Part shown: positions 61,738-64,000 of the stretch, piece by piece
Layout of the letters: each line of letters opens with the position of its first letter
Numbering within the stretch: the first letter of the stretch is position 1
NCBI RefSeq assembly: GCF_964204645.1
Contig: NC_134030.1
Location: 21,598,210 to 21,662,209, forward strand
DNA length: 64,000 nucleotides
Direction: 5' to 3'
DNA from: Tubulanus polymorphus
Lineage: Eukaryota > Animalia > Nemertea
The notes under the pieces: generated by a model
What the model saw: only the letters and a program-made list of their open reading frames with translations
What the model was told of the DNA's origin: nothing
Database searches by the model: none
Made by a program: the position numbers and the translations under genes

Positions 61738-62579
61738 TGGGCTATGGGCGGGTGGTTTACTGGTAGGGTCGGGCTATGGGACGATTAACCGGCCAGATCT
61801 GGCTTTAAACCGAGAAGGCCTTCGTGCCAGTGGTGCATCCGACCATCGTGGCCCCTGATCCACTTGAGCTCGAAAGACGCCGGTCCTCGACCCGGCAGCT
61901 AGCCTGGAACTGAAGTGATTATAACAGTATGACCCGGCGGCTGCGGAGAAACAAGGCTTTATTCAGGGCTGTAGCTAGCATTTAGGGGGCAGAACCCGAA
62001 AAGGGGCACTGGTACTAAGATATAACCCTATGAATAATATTTGGGAAAAGGGCACTTTTCCAAAATTTCTTGGCAACTGCCCCTGCTAAATACGGACCCC
62101 TGTTTCTATCTAGCACCGATTCAAAACAAACAACTATTAAACAAGCTTTATTATCTTTCGTTACAAACAGATACGTCTGAAATTGGTTTAACAAACGAAC
62201 AACATTGATTAGGTTGGTTTACCGAAAAACTTTACAGGATTCATCCAATGAAAAATGTTGCAAATTCAATCATCTGTTGTCATAATTTACAATATTTTCC
62301 AACAACATATTACTTGATCGATAAAAACCGAAAAAAATTGGACAATGACATCATGAGACCGAGGACACACTGCTCATATCGATAAAACCTTAATGAACAA
62401 GTTAATCAGCATTTTATAAATCATTGAAAAACAACATTTTATTCAATTATACCTTGATGAAGACAATTTTGAGATACGAAAAAAACATATTGAAAAAATG
62501 GACATCATAATAAGCAACGCCAAATTGTAAGTTTCTGCTGTGAACCATCAAAGAAATTTGAAAACGACTGATCTTCGTC

Positions 62580-62705
62580 TGGCCTCTACCCCTAGACCTG
62601 TCTGGTATGGTTGAACCTGCCAGGAGATATTATACCCCCACCAGCATAGCTCTCAGGATCATATGGAGGCACACAAGCTACTACACCACGTCAAGGTGTC
62701 AGTCA
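62580..62705 (-). mobile_element. RTE-clade (BovB-like) non-LTR 5' fragment
   Basis: Minus strand CACCTTGACGTGGTG..GCTTGTGTGCCTC..TGAGAGCTATGCTG resembles the conserved RTE 5' leader, recalled from memory. Confidence 0.55.
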
Positions 62706-62825
62706 CGTAGTAGGAGACCGTTTATAAAGTTAGTTATATAGCAAAGCTATTTCAACAAAGAGTAAATAAAACCTTCAAAAATTTTCTTTTTGTGCGTGTA
62801 CTTTACAAACGATCCCTTAGTAATT

Positions 62826-63500
62826 TAAGTCCTCATCTTCCATAAAACAATTATATTCACGTAAGTGAATCGGTGGGTGCTACTTCAATGAAAGCTTGGT
62901 CTTTCATCAGTTATTTAAAGCATTCTATTAGTTATTATTTAGTATGTTTTTTTTAATTTAGTTGTTTTTGGTTTATGCATGAACTCATGAGTCCATGGTT
63001 TATGGTTATTTGTTTGTTTATTTTGTTTATTACTAACTGAGCTCATAGAATGCTTTAAAAATAACAACAGAAAAGATCTCGAGATGCTGGCGTACTTAGA
63101 GGAGGTTGTTTTATGATAATGAAGAACCTTATATACTAAACATGTTATAAAATTATGTTTTACATTCTTTTTAATTATAAAATACACAATACAAATACCA
63201 GATTTTAGTAAGTCCTCACATCCATAAAACAATTAGTATTCACGTGTAGAGTGAATCATCGGTGGACATTTCAATGAAAGCTTGATCTTTCATCAGTTAT
63301 TCATTCAAAACATTCTATCATATCAGCCATATTTCGGTGTGTTTAATTTAGTTTTAGTTGATGGTTATTTCTTTGTTTATTACTAACTGAGCCGATAGAA
63401 TGCTTTTAAAATAACAACAAGAAAAGATCTCAAGTTGCTGGTATACTTAGAGGAGGTTGTTCTATGAATGAATGGACCTTACGTATTTACTAAACATGGT
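62826..63500. repeat. Diverged ~380-bp tandem duplication
   Basis: aagtcctca..ccataaaacaatta..ttcacg..aatgaaagcttg..acttagaggaggttgtt starts at about 62827 and again at about 63210. Confidence 0.85.
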
Positions 63501-64000
63501 ACATCATATTGATGAATATCTGATTACCTGGTAAAAGCCTGATTTATATCAATTGATATCGATTATATCCAGATTTCACACTCACATTTATTTAATTCCA
63601 TCACAATCATACCGCATTCACACTGTTAAAGGGGCCCCGTTTACAAAAGCGCTATAACGTCACTGCAGTTCCTGAATCATTGTTTATAATCCACTATCGT
63701 CTTTGCAGCTCCTGGATCAATGTTAATGAAATCCATGTTTGCAGCTCCTGAATCAATGTAGAAACTATCACCATAGAAGAAATCCACGGTTGAGTCTCGC
63801 TACAAGCTCCAGGATGAAGAAACTTGAGTTCATTTGAGTAGACCTGGAAATAGAAGAATCAGAGACGACAGAAGTATGTTGATTGTTGGGGGTTAGAGGC
63901 GAGGGTACTCGGGAGGGGGCGTTAGGAGGTCTTTGAGACTCCGGTGTTTGGTTTGTAGACAGTAGCTACCTGTTGGGAGTGAAAGAGGGTTTGATTATGA

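Overview
Eukaryotic (animal, probably invertebrate) genomic DNA with spliceosomal introns, CpG-rich exons and many MITEs and minisatellites; the species cannot be determined from the sequence. Genes in order: RPS19 (+; TOP-like 5' UTR exon, intronless CDS); a class A peptide-receptor-like GPCR (+; only the TM3-TM7 exons located); a DRAM/TMEM150-family gene (+; 7 coding exons, one U12-type intron); TMUB1/2-like (-); and an SLC16/MCT transporter (-). The standout feature is the 24.6-kb last intron of the DRAM gene (15425-39998). It holds five near-identical head-to-tail 3.7-5.3-kb units. Each unit carries a spliced antisense gene for a 62-aa prepropeptide: signal peptide, acidic spacer, RRKK site, then the Cys-free mature peptide [17 protein letters not shown]. 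Each also carries a TTAA-flanked MITE, a 30-bp perfect palindrome and a variable-length 50-bp satellite. An orphan inverted copy of the peptide gene's 3' end lies at about 49.3 kb. Also present are Penelope-like fragments with minimal hammerhead-ribozyme motifs, two tRNA-like Pol III elements and an RTE-like 5' fragment. Exon boundaries were read by eye and checked for phase; all family assignments are from motif recognition, not database searches.
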